Source of the DNA: an uncultured Verrucomicrobiota bacterium
GTDB lineage: Bacteria > Verrucomicrobiota > Verrucomicrobiia > Verrucomicrobiales > Verrucomicrobiaceae
DNA: 64,000 nt
Assembly (NCBI GenBank): GCA_903848465.1
Contig: CAINGK010000128.1
Location: forward strand, 6,270-70,269
Direction: 5' to 3'
Shown here piece after piece: positions 62,571 to 64,000 of the stretch. Position numbers and translations under genes: made by a program. Position 1 is the stretch's first letter. Each line of letters begins with the position of its first letter. The notes under the pieces are model-generated. The model ran no database searches. It was not told the DNA's origin and was given only the letters and a program-made list of their open reading frames with translations.

Positions 62571-64000
62571 TCACTTCAGCGCTTCATAGGCCGTCAGGGT
62601 TGGCTCAATGGCCTTCAGCGCCGTTGCCCAAAACTCAGGCTGCGTGATGTCCTCGCCGAGGCTTTGCTTCACCACTTCCTCGCACGTCGCGCTGCCGGTC
62701 ATCGAGAGGAAGGCCTCGTAGCGTGGCAGGAAGGCCGCGCCTTCGGCCTTGAAGCGAGCAAACAACGCCTGGCTCAGCAGGTAACCGAAGACGTAGGGGA
62801 AGTTGTAGAAGGAGACGCCAGTGATGAAGAAATGCATCTTGTACGCCCAGAACATGGGGTCAGTGCCGTCATCGAGCAGCGTATCGCCGTAGAGCTTGCG
62901 CTGCGCTTCGGTCATCAGCCCGCTCAAGCGGCTCACGCTTACCTCGCCGCTGGCGCGTTCCGTGTAGAAGGCCTTCTCGAATTCGTAGCGCATCGGGATG
63001 TTGATGAGGTAGGCATGCGCACGAAGCATTTCCTGATCGAGCAGATAGGCCTTCGTGGCCTCGGTGATGCCAGGATTGGTCATGAGGCCGTTGAGCAGGA
63101 TCATCTCGCCAAAATTTGACGCCGTTTCAGCGAGCGTCATCGGATAGTTCGCCGCAAAAGAACGCGCGGGGCGGAGCACGCAAGAATGCCACGCATGACC
63201 GACCTCATGCGCCAGCGTGACCATATCATGCACGGTGCGGTGGAAGGTCATGTACACGCGCTCTTCGTGCTTGAGCTGCGATCCGGTACAGAACGCACCC
63301 GGACGCTTGCCCGCGCGCGGCTGCGCCTCAATCCAGCGCTGTGCGAGCATCTCGCGGAAATACTCACCAAGTTTCGGATAAGCGGAGCTGAAGGCATGAT
63401 CGACCGTGGCGCAGGCCTCGTCCCATGTGAGTTCCTTTTCATCCGGTGCGGCGATCTGCGGGGCTTCGAGATCGAAGTAGTGCAGCGCTGAGGTGCCTTG
63501 CAGCTTCGCAGCTTTGCGCAACGCACGGCGTGGCAGCTCGATGTGTGTATGGATCGCCTCCAGCATCGCATCGAGCGACTTCCGGCTCATAGCGCCATCA
63601 AACAACGGTGTGTCGAGAAAGTGCGGCAGACCGCGACGACCATACAGGCTGAGGCGTGTACCTGCGATGCCGTTTAATCCAGCAGCGAGCGTCACGGCAT
63701 GATCATTCCACGGCTTCTGCCCGTCGTTGAAGGCTGCCTCACGCAGTTTGCGGTCGGGCTCGGACATCAGTGCACGGCGACGCGACATCGGCACAATTTC
63801 CTTGTGCCCATCTGGAAAAGTCATTTCAAACGCCATCTTGCCCGACAGCGTGTCATACAGCCGTCCCCAGGCATGCAGGCCGTTCACATTGAGATCTGCC
63901 GCCAGGGCCTCCATCTCTGACTTCATCTGATGCTGGCCTTCGTGACGCATGCGCTTCACCGCATGCTCAGCATTTTTCAACGAGGGATCAGCGAGTAGTG
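62571..64000 (-). CDS. M3-family oligoendopeptidase (PepF-like), N-terminus outside window
   Basis: Zinc motif TLAHEVGHAWH. Downstream E in ETASNFGE. The frame stays open to the window edge (the ORF-track start is an internal TTG). Confidence 0.8.
   Translation of the reverse strand, partial: LLADPSLKNAEHAVKRMRHEGQHQMKSEMEALAADLNVNGLHAWGRLYDTLSGKMAFEMTFPDGHKEIVPMSRRRALMSEPDRKLREAAFNDGQKPWNDHAVTLAAGLNGIAGTRLSLYGRRGLPHFLDTPLFDGAMSRKSLDAMLEAIHTHIELPRRALRKAAKLQGTSALHYFDLEAPQIAAPDEKELTWDEACATVDHAFSSAYPKLGEYFREMLAQRWIEAQPRAGKRPGAFCTGSQLKHEERVYMTFHRTVHDMVTLAHEVGHAWHSCVLRPARSFAANYPMTLAETASNFGEMILLNGLMTNPGITEATKAYLLDQEMLRAHAYLINIPMRYEFEKAFYTERASGEVSVSRLSGLMTEAQRKLYGDTLLDDGTDPMFWAYKMHFFITGVSFYNFPYVFGYLLSQALFARFKAEGAAFLPRYEAFLSMTGSATCEEVVKQSLGEDITQPEFWATALKAIEPTLTAYEALK

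Noticed and set aside
1-64000. Search for rRNA, tRNA, CRISPR arrays, transposases, integrases, phage genes or known defence systems
   Set aside because: Every intergenic gap is under 310 nt and none shows a tRNA-like cloverleaf or rRNA-like sequence by eye. No ORF has transposase (DDE), recombinase or capsid/terminase-like motifs. A tRNAscan, Infernal and ISfinder run would be needed to be definitive.

Overview
GC-rich bacterial chromosomal segment (GC judged by eye, not computed). Its gene content points to the PVC superphylum, most likely Verrucomicrobiota. The indicators are PSCyt1 and PSCyt2/PSD1 'planctomycete cytochrome' proteins, three DUF1501 proteins, several Cys-type sulfatases, TAT-signal oxidoreductases, and FG-GAP/VCBS and DUF1080 modules. 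I call about 50 protein-coding genes, tightly packed, often with ATGA stop/start overlaps. All CDS from 4488 to 31410 lie on the minus strand. Housekeeping anchors are recQ (partial, left edge), mfd, pepD and an M3 oligoendopeptidase (partial, right edge). The rest is mainly secreted glycan- and ester-degrading machinery: sulfatases, alpha/beta hydrolases, CE4 and SGNH esterases, a clan GH-A-like hydrolase and a fucose-isomerase-like protein. I saw no rRNA, tRNA, CRISPR array, transposase or integrase. The items most worth follow-up are: (1) an orphan P-loop NTPase with two polyproline regions plus a 284-aa upstream partner (6053-9267); (2) a seven-gene locus with three DUF1501 paralogues, an AbrB-like mini-ORF, DUF1549/DUF1553, an IPT/PPC protein and a PSCyt1-WD40 protein carrying a coiled-coil insert (20458-31410); (3) an SDR-ACP-flippase-like-patatin lipid cassette (32524-35415); (4) an HxlR-controlled DinB-MATE-DUF5069-MATE unit (47753-52041); (5) a five-gene operon with a TAT-signal pyruvyl-transferase-fold protein (52216-57661); (6) a sulfatase disrupted at a G5 run; (7) heptanucleotide-periodic repeat tracts at gene 5' ends. 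All family names come from motif recognition by eye. No HMM or BLAST search was possible, so they are hypotheses to confirm. The ORF track uses TTG/GTG as well as ATG starts, so I trimmed several ORFs to the first ATG that precedes a clear signal peptide.
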